Source: Pseudomonadota bacterium (GTDB lineage Bacteria > Desulfobacterota > Desulfobacteria > Desulfobacterales > JBDRRP01). Taken from it: 64,000 nt of DNA. The translations under genes were made by a program, and so were the position numbers. The notes under the pieces were generated by a model that was not told the DNA's origin, did no database searches, and saw only the letters and a program-made list of their open reading frames with translations. Position 1 is the first letter of the stretch. The number at the start of each line of letters is the position of its first letter. The stretch covers positions 1 through 64,000 of the forward strand of contig JBDRRP010000125.1 in NCBI GenBank assembly GCA_043825735.1, in the 5' to 3' direction. Positions 1 to 10,461 of the stretch are shown one piece after another.

Positions 1-33
1 CGCCGCAGCGCTTTGCGCTGCGGCGGTTTTCTT

Positions 34-1014
34 TTAGGGCCGTCCCATCTGTCTTTCCGGTTGGGGCTCGGTGACCCAGAAATAGTCCCCTTCCGACAAA
101 TCGATTTTCCGGCCGGCGGATATGGGAATCACCGTGCGATAGGGCAGTCCCGTGAGGCGGAAGGCTCTGTCGGGAACGCCGTATCTGTTGACGATGTGCC
201 CGTTGCCGACGATCACGACCATGGTCTTTTCGGTGCCGGCATAACGGGCGATGGCTTCCGCCATGGTGTCTTCCCACACGCACTGGGCCGTGTAGAAGTT
301 CTCGAAGTTATCCCGGCCGGCAATGTGGTGGCTGTCAAACACCGCTTGGACATAGGCCCTGTGGGCGGTATTCGAGGTGTCGATTTTTTCGGGCAGCCAG
401 ATGCGGTCGGCATCGGTAAGACTCTCGGCGCCGCCGATGGATATTTTCGCGGGGATGTGAAAGGGGATGTTGAGACCCACGAGCGGAATGCCCCGGTCCC
501 TGGCCACCGCCAGGACGGGGGCGTAGAGGCTGTCTGGGTAGCGCCAGTTGGCGTACCAGTGGGTGCCGCGCAAAAAAGCCTCCCAGTCAAAACTGCCCGC
601 TGACCAGCCGTCCAGGACATGTTGATACGAGCGATCGAACATTTCCATGCCGATCACCAGTGGGCGCCCCCTTTCCAGCAGGCGCTCAATCACCGTCAGC
701 TGCACCTGGTGGTGTGCCGGATCGGTATGGGTTTCGCCCACGTAAACAACAGATGCCGAGGCAAGATCGGCAGTGAGCGCATCCAGCGTCACCGGCCCGC
801 CGAGTGCCGACGATACCACGGTCCCCACGGGGTAGGACGACAGGATGCCTTCATCTTGGCGTGTTTCTGGTGTCACGGTGCATCCCCATCCCCAGAACGC
901 CATGGCCAGCAGGAGTGCCGCCAGCACCGTTCTGGGACGTCGTTGAGCCGGTCGCCGGTCACGGCCGGTCGGCAGCAGCCATGCGATTATTCGCTTGATT
1001 TCAATAGCCATCAT
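34..1014 (-). CDS. ChaN/DUF399 family lipoprotein
   Basis: Lipobox-like WGWGC after a hydrophobic stretch; family motifs VVYVGETH, GMEMF, VGNGH. Start uncertain. Confidence 0.8.
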   Translation of the reverse strand: MMAIEIKRIIAWLLPTGRDRRPAQRRPRTVLAALLLAMAFWGWGCTVTPETRQDEGILSSYPVGTVVSSALGGPVTLDALTADLASASVVYVGETHTDPAHHQVQLTVIERLLERGRPLVIGMEMFDRSYQHVLDGWSAGSFDWEAFLRGTHWYANWRYPDSLYAPVLAVARDRGIPLVGLNIPFHIPAKISIGGAESLTDADRIWLPEKIDTSNTAHRAYVQAVFDSHHIAGRDNFENFYTAQCVWEDTMAEAIARYAGTEKTMVVIVGNGHIVNRYGVPDRAFRLTGLPYRTVIPISAGRKIDLSEGDYFWVTEPQPERQMGRP

Positions 1015-1096
1015 TTCATAAATACGTTAAATTGAATGCGTTGTGGGCAACATCTGCGCCCGGGCGTTGCCAGAGGCGCGATCAGCAGGAGGTCCC

Positions 1097-1354
1097 GTGA
1101 AGCTTGAGCAGAGCCTGTCTTTTCGAAAAGTCATCATCCCATGGTATGATGCCGATTCCGCCTGCACCATCACCATCGTCTTTTTGCTGCTGGTGCTTTT
1201 TTTCAGCCTTGTGGGCGTCAGCGTTGCCCAGTCACTGCCATCACCCGCCATGTTTCTATGGGTTCCCGTGCTTTTGGCGAGCCTCAGCGCGATAGTGCTC
1301 CTTACGGTAAGTGCCCGATTGATTCGGCGCCATGTGGGACATTCCTCCGATTGA
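1097..1354 (+). CDS. Small two-TM hypothetical membrane protein
   Basis: GTG start after GGAGG RBS; two hydrophobic segments; FRKVIIPWYD N-terminal motif. Confidence 0.55.
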   Translation: MKLEQSLSFRKVIIPWYDADSACTITIVFLLLVLFFSLVGVSVAQSLPSPAMFLWVPVLLASLSAIVLLTVSARLIRRHVGHSSD

Positions 1355-1386
1355 TAACACCTTCAGTGACCGTGAACGCATCAATT

Positions 1387-1520
1387 TTGATGGATCCGTA
1401 AAAAGTCAGGATCTCTCGCAAAGCCGCAAAGATCGCAAAGCTAACGCATTATATTAATAAAGTTTTTCTTGGCGCGCTCAGCGTCTTTGCGAGAAAATCG
1501 CTTTTTTACCAGTTTGTCGA
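1387..1520. repeat. Palindromic intergenic repeat, family D copy 1
   Basis: TTGATGG..CGTAAAAAGTC / CTTTTTTAC..TCGA shell around TCTCGCAAAGCCGCAAAGATCGCAAAG..CTTTGCGAGA; closely related copy at 46251-46381. Confidence 0.75.
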
Positions 1521-1542
1521 TTTTCATGCCCGCTATTTCCGA

Positions 1543-1950
1543 TCAGCGGCGCTGGTACTGCAAAATTTTCAACAGCCGGTTGGCCGGAATAAATCCGGTC
1601 ACATTACCAATGGGGGTAGCGTCCGGATGAATCAGCCAGAGATCCGGCACGCCGTTCACCCCGTATGCGCGTGCGATATCCTGCTGCGTGTCGGCATCGA
1701 CGCGGATGGCAACAAATCGCTCATTGACCACTCGAACCACTTCGGGGTGGGGAAAGGTTTCGGCTTCCATTTTCTTGCATGACGGGCACCATGCGGTGTG
1801 AAAATACACGATGGCCGTCTTGTTCAGGCTTCGGGCCAGTGCCTTGCCCTGAACATAATCCATCCAGCGGATGGTTTCATCAGCGCCAAGGGCCGGAGCG
1901 GCGGTCAAGGCTGTGAGGCACAGCCAGATGGCAAAGACGGTTTTAATCAT
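1543..1950 (-). CDS. Secreted thioredoxin-family protein
   Basis: Signal peptide; WCPSC motif; cis-Pro loop GVP. Confidence 0.85.
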   Translation of the reverse strand: MIKTVFAIWLCLTALTAAPALGADETIRWMDYVQGKALARSLNKTAIVYFHTAWCPSCKKMEAETFPHPEVVRVVNERFVAIRVDADTQQDIARAYGVNGVPDLWLIHPDATPIGNVTGFIPANRLLKILQYQRR

Positions 1951-1986
1951 GGCGGCAAGCGCTTCCTTCCGGTGGGTTGGGAGTGA

Positions 1987-2439
1987 TCATCGGGCGCCGA
2001 TCCGCTGCCCGTTGTGTGCTCGGATTTCGCCGGCCAGGACCACCAATCCGATGACGAGTATGACGACATCCCGCGCAATTTCCAGTGGCGTGCCGCCCGC
2101 GGTCGTCTCTTCCACACTAAAGCACCCACAATTGACGTCAATGCCCCTGAACAGATTCATCGACAGGGCGGCGATAAACACCACCACCAGCATGTTGACA
2201 ATCAGTGCTGCGCCGCCGGCGCCGATGCCGGCCACGAGGCAGATCCCGCAGATGGCTTCCGTCCATGGCAGCATGATGGCTACGAGCGGTACCAGTGATT
2301 CGGGCAGCAACTGATAGTTGCCGATGATCCGGGCGAATGCTTCCGGTGAAACGATTTTATCCCAGCTGGCCCATAGAAAAATACCGCCAAGAAAGATTCT
2401 CAGGCAGATATGGATGGATATCCGCGATTTTTGATGCAT
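1987..2439 (-). CDS. MauE/DoxX family membrane protein
   Basis: Hydrophobic helices; RIFLGGIFLWASWDK, LPWTE and CGCF motifs. Confidence 0.8.
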   Translation of the reverse strand: MHQKSRISIHICLRIFLGGIFLWASWDKIVSPEAFARIIGNYQLLPESLVPLVAIMLPWTEAICGICLVAGIGAGGAALIVNMLVVVFIAALSMNLFRGIDVNCGCFSVEETTAGGTPLEIARDVVILVIGLVVLAGEIRAHNGQRIGAR

Positions 2440-2456
2440 GCCTTCTCTGTTTTCTG

Positions 2457-3329
2457 CTAATTGGTGTCCGGCGCCGATGCCCGGCTCAGCTCATCCGCCC
2501 TGCGGGTTGCGGCCATGATGGCTTCCGCGATCCGGTCCTTGACCCGATGGGTGTCCATGTGTGCCACGGCGGCGGCCGTTGTACCTCCCGGGGAAGTGAC
2601 CCGCTCTCTCAGGGTTTCCGGAGGCAGCCGCTGGTGCTCCATCAGGCGCACCGCACCTTTCAATGTCTGCAGTGTCAGCGCGGCTGCGTTTTCAGCGGAC
2701 AAACCGGATCGCACGCCGCCCTGGATCATGGCTTCGGCCAGATAGAAGACATAAGCCGGCCCTGATCCCGACAGGGCGGTTACCGCATCCAGGTCGCTTT
2801 CATCGAATTGGATCACGGTGCCCATGGATTCCAGCAGACGGCGGGTCAGCGCCAGATCGTCGTCGGTGGCCATCCGGTTCGGGCTCATGCCGGACATGCC
2901 GGTCAGTACCAGAGCGGGGGTATTGGGCATGACCCGGACAATGGGCAGCTGCGCCTGCGCGTCGGTCGGCAGATGCGCATAGAGATAATGCTCGAACGTC
3001 TGCAGGCGAATGCCGGCGGCAATGGAGATAATCAGTTTGCGCTTGGCGGGCGCTGCGCCCGCGGGTGGCGCCAGGGCCTTGAGCAGTGCGCTCATCTGTT
3101 GCGGTTTGATGGCGATGATGACAATATCGCTGGCGGCAAACAAGGCGCTGTTGTCAGTGCCGGTGCGCACCTTGTAGGTCTCTGATAGCAGGCTCAACCG
3201 CCGGTCGCTGATATCGGTGACACAGATGTGCGATGCCGGTGCCAGTCCGGTGTTGATGATGGCGCCGATAAACGCTTCGCCCATGTTACCGCCGCCGATG
3301 ATGCCGATGGTGTGTTGGATCGCGTGCAA
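2457..3329 (-). CDS. proC: Pyrroline-5-carboxylate reductase
   Basis: GGGNMG, RVMPNTP, SGSGPAY and VTSPGGTT motifs. Confidence 0.95.
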   Translation of the reverse strand: MHAIQHTIGIIGGGNMGEAFIGAIINTGLAPASHICVTDISDRRLSLLSETYKVRTGTDNSALFAASDIVIIAIKPQQMSALLKALAPPAGAAPAKRKLIISIAAGIRLQTFEHYLYAHLPTDAQAQLPIVRVMPNTPALVLTGMSGMSPNRMATDDDLALTRRLLESMGTVIQFDESDLDAVTALSGSGPAYVFYLAEAMIQGGVRSGLSAENAAALTLQTLKGAVRLMEHQRLPPETLRERVTSPGGTTAAAVAHMDTHRVKDRIAEAIMAATRRADELSRASAPDTN

Positions 3330-3626
3330 CCTGGATTCCTTTCTGCTAGTGCGCGGTGGCCGAGTTTCGCCGATCGAAAGGCTTTTCCGATCCCCGATGG
3401 CGTACCATCGCCGCGGCAGTAGCTGCGCGAGGCTTCAATTATCTTGACTTCTACGGGAGAATATAATTATTTTCGGAGGCGCGCAACCGCAGATCCCGTG
3501 ATATTTCTACAAATGCCTTCTGAATCAGCGATGCGCGAACGTTTCACGCGGCTGCTCGACGTGGGCACGCCGACAGGTCTTGCCATGGGGAGTGTTCCAT
3601 CCGGATCGAAAAGGGGTACTTATTAG

Positions 3627-3926
3627 ATGTTTGTTATTGGCAATTTTTTATACGCTCTGGCCGTTGTCATTGATTACGCGCTCACCATTTATCTGTGGAT
3701 TGTCATCGCCCGCGCCGTACTGTCCTGGGTCAGTCCGGATCCCTATAATCCGATCGTCCGATTCATTCACAACATCACCGAACCAGTACTCTTTCAAATC
3801 AGAAAACGATTGCCGATGAGTTTCGGAGGCATCGATCTTTCGCCCATCGTCGTGTTTATGGCCATCATTTTCCTTCAGAAGTTTCTGGTGGGCACCTTGA
3901 TCGGGTTGTCACGCTCATTGATGTAA
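3627..3926 (+). CDS. yggT: YggT family membrane protein
   Basis: LSWVSPDPYNP..ITEP..GGIDLSP signature. Confidence 0.92.
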   Translation: MFVIGNFLYALAVVIDYALTIYLWIVIARAVLSWVSPDPYNPIVRFIHNITEPVLFQIRKRLPMSFGGIDLSPIVVFMAIIFLQKFLVGTLIGLSRSLM

Positions 3927-3949
3927 GCGGGCTGAAAGGGGGTGCGATA

Positions 3950-4453
3950 ATGAAATTGACACCATTGGACATTCAACAACAGCAGTTTCCGGTAAGATTT
4001 CGAGGATTCGATGTCCAAGAGGTCGATGCATTTCTGGAAGAAATGGCGGCGGCGTTCGAGTCGCTGATTACCGAAAACCGGCGGTTGGAAGGTGAATTTG
4101 AGCGTCAGAAGCAGGAGTCGCAGGGATACCGGGAGCGCGAAGAAACCTTCAAGCGTGCCATGATCCATTCGCAGAAGGTCTTGGAGCAGATGAAGGAGAA
4201 TGCCCGAAAATCGGCTGAATTGATTGTCGCAGATGCCGAGGTCAAGGCGGAGAAAATACTACAAGGCGCACAGAACCGGCTGGCCCAGCTGCAGGAAGAT
4301 CTCTCCGTGCTCAAGCGCCAGCGGATGCAGATCGAAGCCCAGATTCAGGCCATTGTCACCGCCCACTCACGCTTGCTGGAAGTGGGGCGAGAGGAGATGG
4401 CGGCCATGGACGCGGCAGACGCCAAGTTGAAGGTGTTGCGGAAAACAAGTTAG
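3950..4453 (+). CDS. divIVA: DivIVA domain protein
   Basis: LTPLDIQQQQF..RGFDVQEVDAFL N-terminus followed by coiled coil. Confidence 0.9.
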   Translation: MKLTPLDIQQQQFPVRFRGFDVQEVDAFLEEMAAAFESLITENRRLEGEFERQKQESQGYREREETFKRAMIHSQKVLEQMKENARKSAELIVADAEVKAEKILQGAQNRLAQLQEDLSVLKRQRMQIEAQIQAIVTAHSRLLEVGREEMAAMDAADAKLKVLRKTS

Positions 4454-4785
4454 TGCCCGTACAGAAACGGCATCTTTTGGCCCAGAGGAGCGTTTTTAAG
4501 CCCCAAATATCGCGGGGCTTACCGGTAAGGCATCGAGCCATCTGTATTCGCTCGCGATGCTCACTGCGCCGGCCCGCACTTTTCGAAATCCGCCGGAGGC
4601 GGACAAGTCCTCGGGCTGTTCGTCTGGAACCCGGTGCGAAGCACCGGGTTTCCAAGACAAATAGCTCCGCTGTTCCTCCGGTTTCGAAAATGCTCAAGCC
4701 TTGCTCTGAACCACACGGTTTAATCCTGACGCCCAGCGCGCAGCGCAGGGTGTCCAAGGAAAATCTACCATTTCTGAACGGGCAC
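4453..4785. repeat. Family A structured palindromic element, copy 1, with nested inserts
   Basis: Terminal inverted repeats GTGCCCGTACAGAAACGG / CCATTTCTGAACGGGCAC; homologous to 8065-8208, 9400-9544 and 49963-50192. Confidence 0.8.
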
Positions 4786-5051
4786 TATTTGGCGTCCATC
4801 CGGGAACGGCATTTTCCGGCCTTTGCCACGGCCATGGTTCAGGTGCAGGGGACCGGGGGCTACCGTCTGTGGACGGACATAAGGTGTGTTCGCTGCCAAT
4901 CCCACCTCGGCTTCTCCATTGACCGCGCCATGCCAAACCATTACACTTAGCCCCAACGGAGTTGTTTCCATTCACTCAGCCGGAGCCTCCGGGCGACAAT
5001 ACCCCGGCCGGATCCATCGCACGGTTAACCTTCCATGAAAGGGAGGCATAT

Positions 5052-6134
5052 ATGGCCAAAATTGATGCTTTCTTCAAGCTCATGAACGATCAGGGTGCAT
5101 CCGACCTTCACATGGTATCCGGGCAGCCGCCGGCACTCCGGCTCCGGGGGGACATCGAACGCATCAAATACAAGGTGCTTGAAAACGACGAACTCAAGGG
5201 AATGCTCTATGAGATCGCTCCCGAAGATAAAGTAAAAACCTTCGAAGAAACCGGTGACGTGGATTTTGGCTATGAAATCCCCGGGCTCGCGCGTTACCGT
5301 GCCAATTTTTTCATGCAAAAATACGGGGTGGCGGCCGTTTTCCGGGAAATTCCCAGCACCATCCTGACGGCCGACCAGCTCGGATTGCCTCCCGTCATCA
5401 AAAAACTGGCCATGCTGCCCAGGGGGCTGGTGGTGGTGACCGGACCGACCGGCAGCGGCAAATCGACATCACTGGCCGCCATCATCGACGAGGCCAACAG
5501 AAACCGCAAGGACCACATCATCACGGTGGAAGATCCCATCGAATTCGTCCACAAAAGCCAGGCATGTATCATTAACCACCGGGAAGTCGGCCTTCATACC
5601 AAAACCTTCAGCGCAGCCTTGAAGGGGGCGCTGCGCGAGGACCCGGACATTATCCTGGTGGGCGAAATGCGGGATCTTGAAACCATCTCGCTGGCCATCG
5701 AAGCCGCTTCCACCGGCCACTTGGTCTTTGGTACCCTGCACACCTCCAGCGCCATGAAGACGGTGGATCGTATTATTGAGGTATTCCCCTCTTCTGAGCA
5801 GGCCCAGATCCGCTCGACCCTTTCCGACGGTATCCGGGCCGTCATCGCCCAGGTGCTGTTCAAGCGCATCGATAAAAAGGGGCGCTGTGCGGCGCTGGAG
5901 ATCATGATCGCCACGCCTGCCGTGCGCAACCTGATCCGTGAAGCTAAGACCCACCAGATCTCTTCATCCATCCAGACAGGAAAAAAATACGGCATGGTAC
6001 TGCTTGACGATTCCATTATGGATCTGCTCAACAAGGGGTACATCAGCCCGGACGAGGCCTACATGAAGGCCAATGAGAAAGCCCGTTTCCGCCCCATGCT
6101 GCGGACGCCGCCGACCGATTTCACTGATGCCTGA
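5052..6134 (+). CDS. pilT: Type IV pilus retraction ATPase PilT
   Basis: ASDLH, Walker A GPTGSGKST, EDPIE, LREDPD, GTLHT and AVRNLIRE motifs; ATG after GGAGG. Confidence 0.93.
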   Translation: MAKIDAFFKLMNDQGASDLHMVSGQPPALRLRGDIERIKYKVLENDELKGMLYEIAPEDKVKTFEETGDVDFGYEIPGLARYRANFFMQKYGVAAVFREIPSTILTADQLGLPPVIKKLAMLPRGLVVVTGPTGSGKSTSLAAIIDEANRNRKDHIITVEDPIEFVHKSQACIINHREVGLHTKTFSAALKGALREDPDIILVGEMRDLETISLAIEAASTGHLVFGTLHTSSAMKTVDRIIEVFPSSEQAQIRSTLSDGIRAVIAQVLFKRIDKKGRCAALEIMIATPAVRNLIREAKTHQISSSIQTGKKYGMVLLDDSIMDLLNKGYISPDEAYMKANEKARFRPMLRTPPTDFTDA

Positions 6135-6199
6135 TCCATTTCGGCGTTGAGCGGGAGTACCGGAGGCGGCGTGGCCGCCTCATGTTTCAGGAGGACGAC

Positions 6200-7366
6200 A
6201 TGAGAAAACAGGAAGTGGATCACATCCTGGCCCGGATGCTGGATGCCTACAACAATGTGTCGGATCTCAATATCACCGTGGGAAAACCGTTCCAGGTGGA
6301 AACCTCCGGGCAGTTGACCCCCGTCGAGATCGACCCCCCGTTTCCCGAATTGACCCCGTTTCAGACCGAAGTGTTTGCGCTGAATCTCATTAACCAGGAT
6401 CGGCGTCTGACGGAAACCTTTCTCAATGAAGGCTCCTGCGATTCATCTTACGATTTGCCCGGAAAAGCCCGTTTCCGCGTCAATATTTTTTCTCAGTTGA
6501 GCAATTTTTCCATCGTTTTGCGTAAGCTGGAAAGCAAGATCCCCACCATCAAGGAGAGCGAACTGCCCATGCCGTTTTACAAGATGGCCGAAGAAAAAAA
6601 CGGCATCATCTTTGTGACCGGTTCCACCGGCAGTGGTAAATCAACCTCCCTGGCGGCCGTCCTCAACGAAATCAACGAAAAGAAGTCCGTCCACGTGGTC
6701 ACCCTCGAAGATCCGGTCGAGTATCAGCATCCCCACAAAAAATCGACCTTTAATCAGCGGGAAATGGGAAACGATTTCGATACCTTCGGCTCCGGATTGC
6801 GGGCAGCCCTCCGGCAGGCGCCTAAGGTGATACTGGTGGGCGAGATGCGGGATCGGGAGACGGTGGAGATCGGTCTGAGCGCCGCTGAGACCGGCCACTT
6901 GGTCATGACCACCCTGCATACTGTGGATGCCGGCCAGACCATTAACCGCATTCTCGGCATGTTCAACACCGAAGAAGAAAACCAGATCCGCATCCGCCTT
7001 GCCGATACGGTGCGATGGATCGTCTGCCAGCGGCTGCTGCCCAAGATCGGCGGTGGCCGGGTGGCCGCCTTTGAAATCATGGCTACCAGCCTGCGCGTTA
7101 AGGACACCATCATGCAGGGTGAAAGTGAAGGCAAGACCTACTATGAAATCATCGATGTCGGCGAGGCATTCGGCATGGTGACGTTTGACAAGTATATTAT
7201 CAACCTTTACGAACGGGGTTTAATCACCGAGGAAACCGCCATGGCCTATTCGTCCCGGAAAGGTATCGTGGGGCGCGGCATAGACATGGTGAAAGCCGGC
7301 CGCGGCGAGGCCACCACCGATATCTCGGACCTCAGTCTCGACACTACCTATGGAAAGAAAAAATAG
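6200..7366 (+). CDS. pilU: PilT/PilU family ATPase (second paralog)
   Basis: Walker A GSTGSGKST, EDPVE, LRQAP, TTLHT; directly follows pilT. Confidence 0.85.
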   Translation: MRKQEVDHILARMLDAYNNVSDLNITVGKPFQVETSGQLTPVEIDPPFPELTPFQTEVFALNLINQDRRLTETFLNEGSCDSSYDLPGKARFRVNIFSQLSNFSIVLRKLESKIPTIKESELPMPFYKMAEEKNGIIFVTGSTGSGKSTSLAAVLNEINEKKSVHVVTLEDPVEYQHPHKKSTFNQREMGNDFDTFGSGLRAALRQAPKVILVGEMRDRETVEIGLSAAETGHLVMTTLHTVDAGQTINRILGMFNTEEENQIRIRLADTVRWIVCQRLLPKIGGGRVAAFEIMATSLRVKDTIMQGESEGKTYYEIIDVGEAFGMVTFDKYIINLYERGLITEETAMAYSSRKGIVGRGIDMVKAGRGEATTDISDLSLDTTYGKKK

Positions 7367-7395
7367 CGGTTCCCGGACCGTCGGAGGGAAATGCC

Positions 7396-8061
7396 ATGGA
7401 CATTACCTGCAACAGCTGCCAGTCAACCTTCAAGCTGCCCGATGAGAAGGTGCCCAAGGGCAAAGTGTTTTCCCTGAGTTGTCCCAAATGCAAGAACAAG
7501 ATTTCCATCAATCCCGCAGCGTCCACGGCCAAGGGCGAATCGCCAGCGGCTAAGCCCAACATGCTTTTTGATGAAGTGGCTTCCGGCAGCTACGATTCGG
7601 CGGAGCGCCCCTTTGATTTTATCGAAGAAGGGGCCAAGACGGCGCTGATCTGCGAGGCTGATCCGGTGAACCGGGAGAAAATCGTGGCCGCCTTGCGAAA
7701 CCTCGACTACCATGTGACACATCCCGCATCGGCCCGAGACACCCTGAAGCAGATGCGATTTCACGTATTTGACATCATTGTGATCAATGAGACGTTCGAT
7801 ACTCCGGACCCCGATCACAACAATGTTTTGCGCTACATCGAACGCCTGCCCATGTCGACGCGTCGTGATATCTTTGTCGCCTTGCTCACCAGCCGGTTTC
7901 GCACTTCCGATAACATGGCTGCCTTCAACAAGAGCGTCAATATCGTCATCAACACGGGCCACGTCGACGAGGTTGAAAAGGTCCTAAAACGCGGTATCTC
8001 CGACAACGACAACTTCTACCGGGTGTTCAAGGAATCCATGGTCAAGACGGGGCGGGTGTAA
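7396..8061 (+). CDS. Zinc-ribbon (MJ0042-type) protein with receiver-like domain
   Basis: N-terminal CNSC..CPKC; C-terminal alpha/beta domain resembling CheY (ALICEAD..FDIIVINE). Confidence 0.75.
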   Translation: MDITCNSCQSTFKLPDEKVPKGKVFSLSCPKCKNKISINPAASTAKGESPAAKPNMLFDEVASGSYDSAERPFDFIEEGAKTALICEADPVNREKIVAALRNLDYHVTHPASARDTLKQMRFHVFDIIVINETFDTPDPDHNNVLRYIERLPMSTRRDIFVALLTSRFRTSDNMAAFNKSVNIVINTGHVDEVEKVLKRGISDNDNFYRVFKESMVKTGRV

Positions 8062-8064
8062 CCC

Positions 8065-8208
8065 GTGCCCATCCAGAAGCGGCATCTTCCGGCCCCTGGC
8101 GGCGTACTCGCACTTTTTGCACTCCTCGGAATAGGCGAGCTATGCCTGTGGGTGCAAAAATGCTCGAGCCTTGCCAGGAACCGAAATCTACCGCTTCTGG
8201 ATGGGCAC
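8065..8208. repeat. Family A element, copy 2 (partial extra left end at ~8217-8250)
   Basis: Perfect 18-bp terminal inverted repeat GTGCCCATCCAGAAGCGG / CCGCTTCTGGATGGGCAC. Confidence 0.85.
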
Positions 8209-8315
8209 GGAATAGGAAAGCGGCATCTTCCGGCCCCTGGCGGCGTGCCCGCTCATTTGCGCCCGCCCGAGGCGGACAGGCGCCAGAAACCAGAACCTAC
8301 CGATTGCTGAAAAAC

Positions 8316-8483
8316 ATGATGACGAGACCTGATACCGCTGGTCCCACCTGTACCGATTATCGCGGAGAGATGCTTTTGTTGAGCCTGCACCGGCAGTTGG
8401 CCGAGGGTGTGCTCACGGAAGCGGAGCGCCAGCGGATCCGCCGGCTCATCGAACGGCTCGAGACCGAAATGGGGATGGACTGA
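8316..8483 (+). CDS. Small hypothetical protein (55 aa)
   Basis: CTDYRGEMLLL..LTEAER..LETEMGM helical ORF ending 6 bp before the next gene. Confidence 0.55.
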   Translation: MMTRPDTAGPTCTDYRGEMLLLSLHRQLAEGVLTEAERQRIRRLIERLETEMGMD

Positions 8484-8489
8484 GCGCCC

Positions 8490-9413
8490 GTGACACGGAC
8501 AGCGGCCATATCCCCGATTCCCGTGGCGCCCGAGCTTTGGCTCATCCCGCTGCCCCAGGCGATGCCTGGTTTCGAGGCCTTTATTTGTGCCTGGTTGGTG
8601 ACTGGAAAGCACACGCTGCTCATCGATGTGGGGCCTTCGGCCACCGCGCCGCTGTTGATACGGAGCCTTCAAGCGGCGGGCGTCCGCGCGCTGGATGCCA
8701 TCTTGCTCACCCATATCCACATCGACCACAGCGGCGGCATCGGTGAGGTAGCGGCGGCGTTTGCCGCCGCGCCGGTCGTCTGTCATACCCGTGCCATGGC
8801 CCACCTGGTGGACCCGGAAAAGCTGTGGCAGGGCAGCCGCAAAACCCTACCGGAGATTGCCGACATTTACGGCCCCATCGCGCCGGTGCCGCAAGAGCGC
8901 CTGATCGCCGCCGAAGATTTTAAGGCATGCGCCGTCGTTTCTGTGCCCACACCGGGGCACGCTTCCCACCACGTGAGCTATTGGAGAGAAGGCGACCTTT
9001 TTGCCGGCGAGGCCGGGGGCGTCTACCAGGCCCTTGACGGGGGCGGACACTACCTCAGGCCGGCCACACCGCCCCGATATGATCTGGACATTCACTTGGA
9101 AAGCCTCGCCCGGCTGGAGGCCCTGGATAGCCGCCGCATCTGCTACGGCCATTTCGGCGCAGCGGGTGCCGTATCGAACCGGTTGGCAGAGCACCGCCGG
9201 CAGCTTTGCCTGTGGCGTGACATACTGGCCGCCTACGCCGGTGACGCTGACGGGGGCACCGGTATGGGGGATATGCTGGGCCACCTTTTGCGGGTCGACC
9301 CGCTCATGGCGCACTGGGAACGGCTGCCGCCGAATGTGCGGCAGCGGGAGACGGGTTTTCTTATGAACAGTATCCGGGGAATGTGCGGCTACCTGGCCGG
9401 TGCCCGTTCATAA
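8490..9413 (+). CDS. MBL-fold metallo-hydrolase
   Basis: THIHIDH motif, PGHASHH, CYGHFG. Confidence 0.9.
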   Translation: MTRTAAISPIPVAPELWLIPLPQAMPGFEAFICAWLVTGKHTLLIDVGPSATAPLLIRSLQAAGVRALDAILLTHIHIDHSGGIGEVAAAFAAAPVVCHTRAMAHLVDPEKLWQGSRKTLPEIADIYGPIAPVPQERLIAAEDFKACAVVSVPTPGHASHHVSYWREGDLFAGEAGGVYQALDGGGHYLRPATPPRYDLDIHLESLARLEALDSRRICYGHFGAAGAVSNRLAEHRRQLCLWRDILAAYAGDADGGTGMGDMLGHLLRVDPLMAHWERLPPNVRQRETGFLMNSIRGMCGYLAGARS

Positions 9414-9544
9414 ACGGCATATTTTGACCCCTGGCGGCGTTTTCGCACTTTCCGAAATCCTCGACATAGCCACTGCTATGCCTGCGGTTTCGGAAATGCT
9501 CAGGCCTTGCCAGGAGTCAAAATCTACCATTTATGAACGGGCAC
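9400..9544. repeat. Family A element, copy 3 (partial further copy at 9561-9628)
   Basis: GTGCCCGTTCATAAACGG / CCATTTATGAACGGGCAC; contains the stop codon of the upstream MBL gene. Confidence 0.85.
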
Positions 9545-9636
9545 GCTTTCTACTATACCTAAACGGCATCTTTGCTTTAGAAACCCTGCGCTGCGTGCAG
9601 GGTTCCAGGCGAAAAGCATGACCCCTGGGGGCGGCG

Positions 9637-10416
9637 TCAAGCGTCGCGGTTTTCGATTCTTTCCCAGATTATTCTTAGGCCCTCCAGCGTCAGCTCCGGC
9701 GCCACCACTTCGATGCTCGTGGCTGCCTGTTGAATGAGGGGCGCCAGGCCCCCGGTGGCGACCGTTTTTACCGTGCCGCCGAGTTCTTTCTTCATGCGTT
9801 CCACCATTCCGTCCACCAGCCCGGCATAGCCGCAGATGATCCCCGACTGCATGCTCGAAATGGTATCGGTGCCGATAACCGATGCGGGTTTCCGGAAAAT
9901 TTCCACACGCGGAAGCTTGCTGGCCTTTTGAAACAGAGCTTCTGCCGAAATCATGATGCCTGGGCTGATGGCCCCGCCCAGGTATTCCCCGGCCTGAGAG
10001 ATGGCGTCGAAGGTGGTTGCCGTACCGAAATCGATGACGATGAGGGCACTGTGGTATCTTTCGTAGGCGGCCACGGCATTGACGATTCGGTCAGCGCCGA
10101 CCTCCGCCGGGTTGCTGTATCTGATCGGCATGATGCCTGCCGATTTGGCATCCACCCAATGGGGAGCGCGGCCCAGGTATTTCAGGCTAAACGCGTCGAG
10201 AATACCGACCATGGGTGGCACAACGCTGGAAATGATGGTCTGCTGGATATCGCCGGGCGTGATGCCGTCGTTGGCAAAGAGATTCATGATCAGCACGTTG
10301 AATTCATCTTCCGTGGAATTGCGCTCAGTGTGAATGCGCCAGTGGCAGACCAGCCGTTTGCCGTCATAGATACCCAGTACGATATTGGTGTTGCCCACAT
10401 CGATAACCAGTAGCAT
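9637..10416 (-). CDS. coaX: Type III pantothenate kinase
   Basis: IDVGNTN, GADR, DFGTATT, GGAISPG motifs. Confidence 0.95.
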   Translation of the reverse strand: MLLVIDVGNTNIVLGIYDGKRLVCHWRIHTERNSTEDEFNVLIMNLFANDGITPGDIQQTIISSVVPPMVGILDAFSLKYLGRAPHWVDAKSAGIMPIRYSNPAEVGADRIVNAVAAYERYHSALIVIDFGTATTFDAISQAGEYLGGAISPGIMISAEALFQKASKLPRVEIFRKPASVIGTDTISSMQSGIICGYAGLVDGMVERMKKELGGTVKTVATGGLAPLIQQAATSIEVVAPELTLEGLRIIWERIENRDA

Positions 10417-10461
10417 GGCGATGAACCTTTCTTTTTGGGTCTTGTCCTATCTACTTGAAGG

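Noticed and set aside
2457..4453. proC divergent from yggT-divIVA with no yggS
   Set aside because: Simple rearrangement of a variable housekeeping cluster; no sign of new function.
4453..4950. ORFs starting MPVQKRH / MPIQKRH / MPVHKRH / MSIHRRH as a small protein family
   Set aside because: They are translations of the family A repeat from its terminal GTG; lengths and frames are not conserved.
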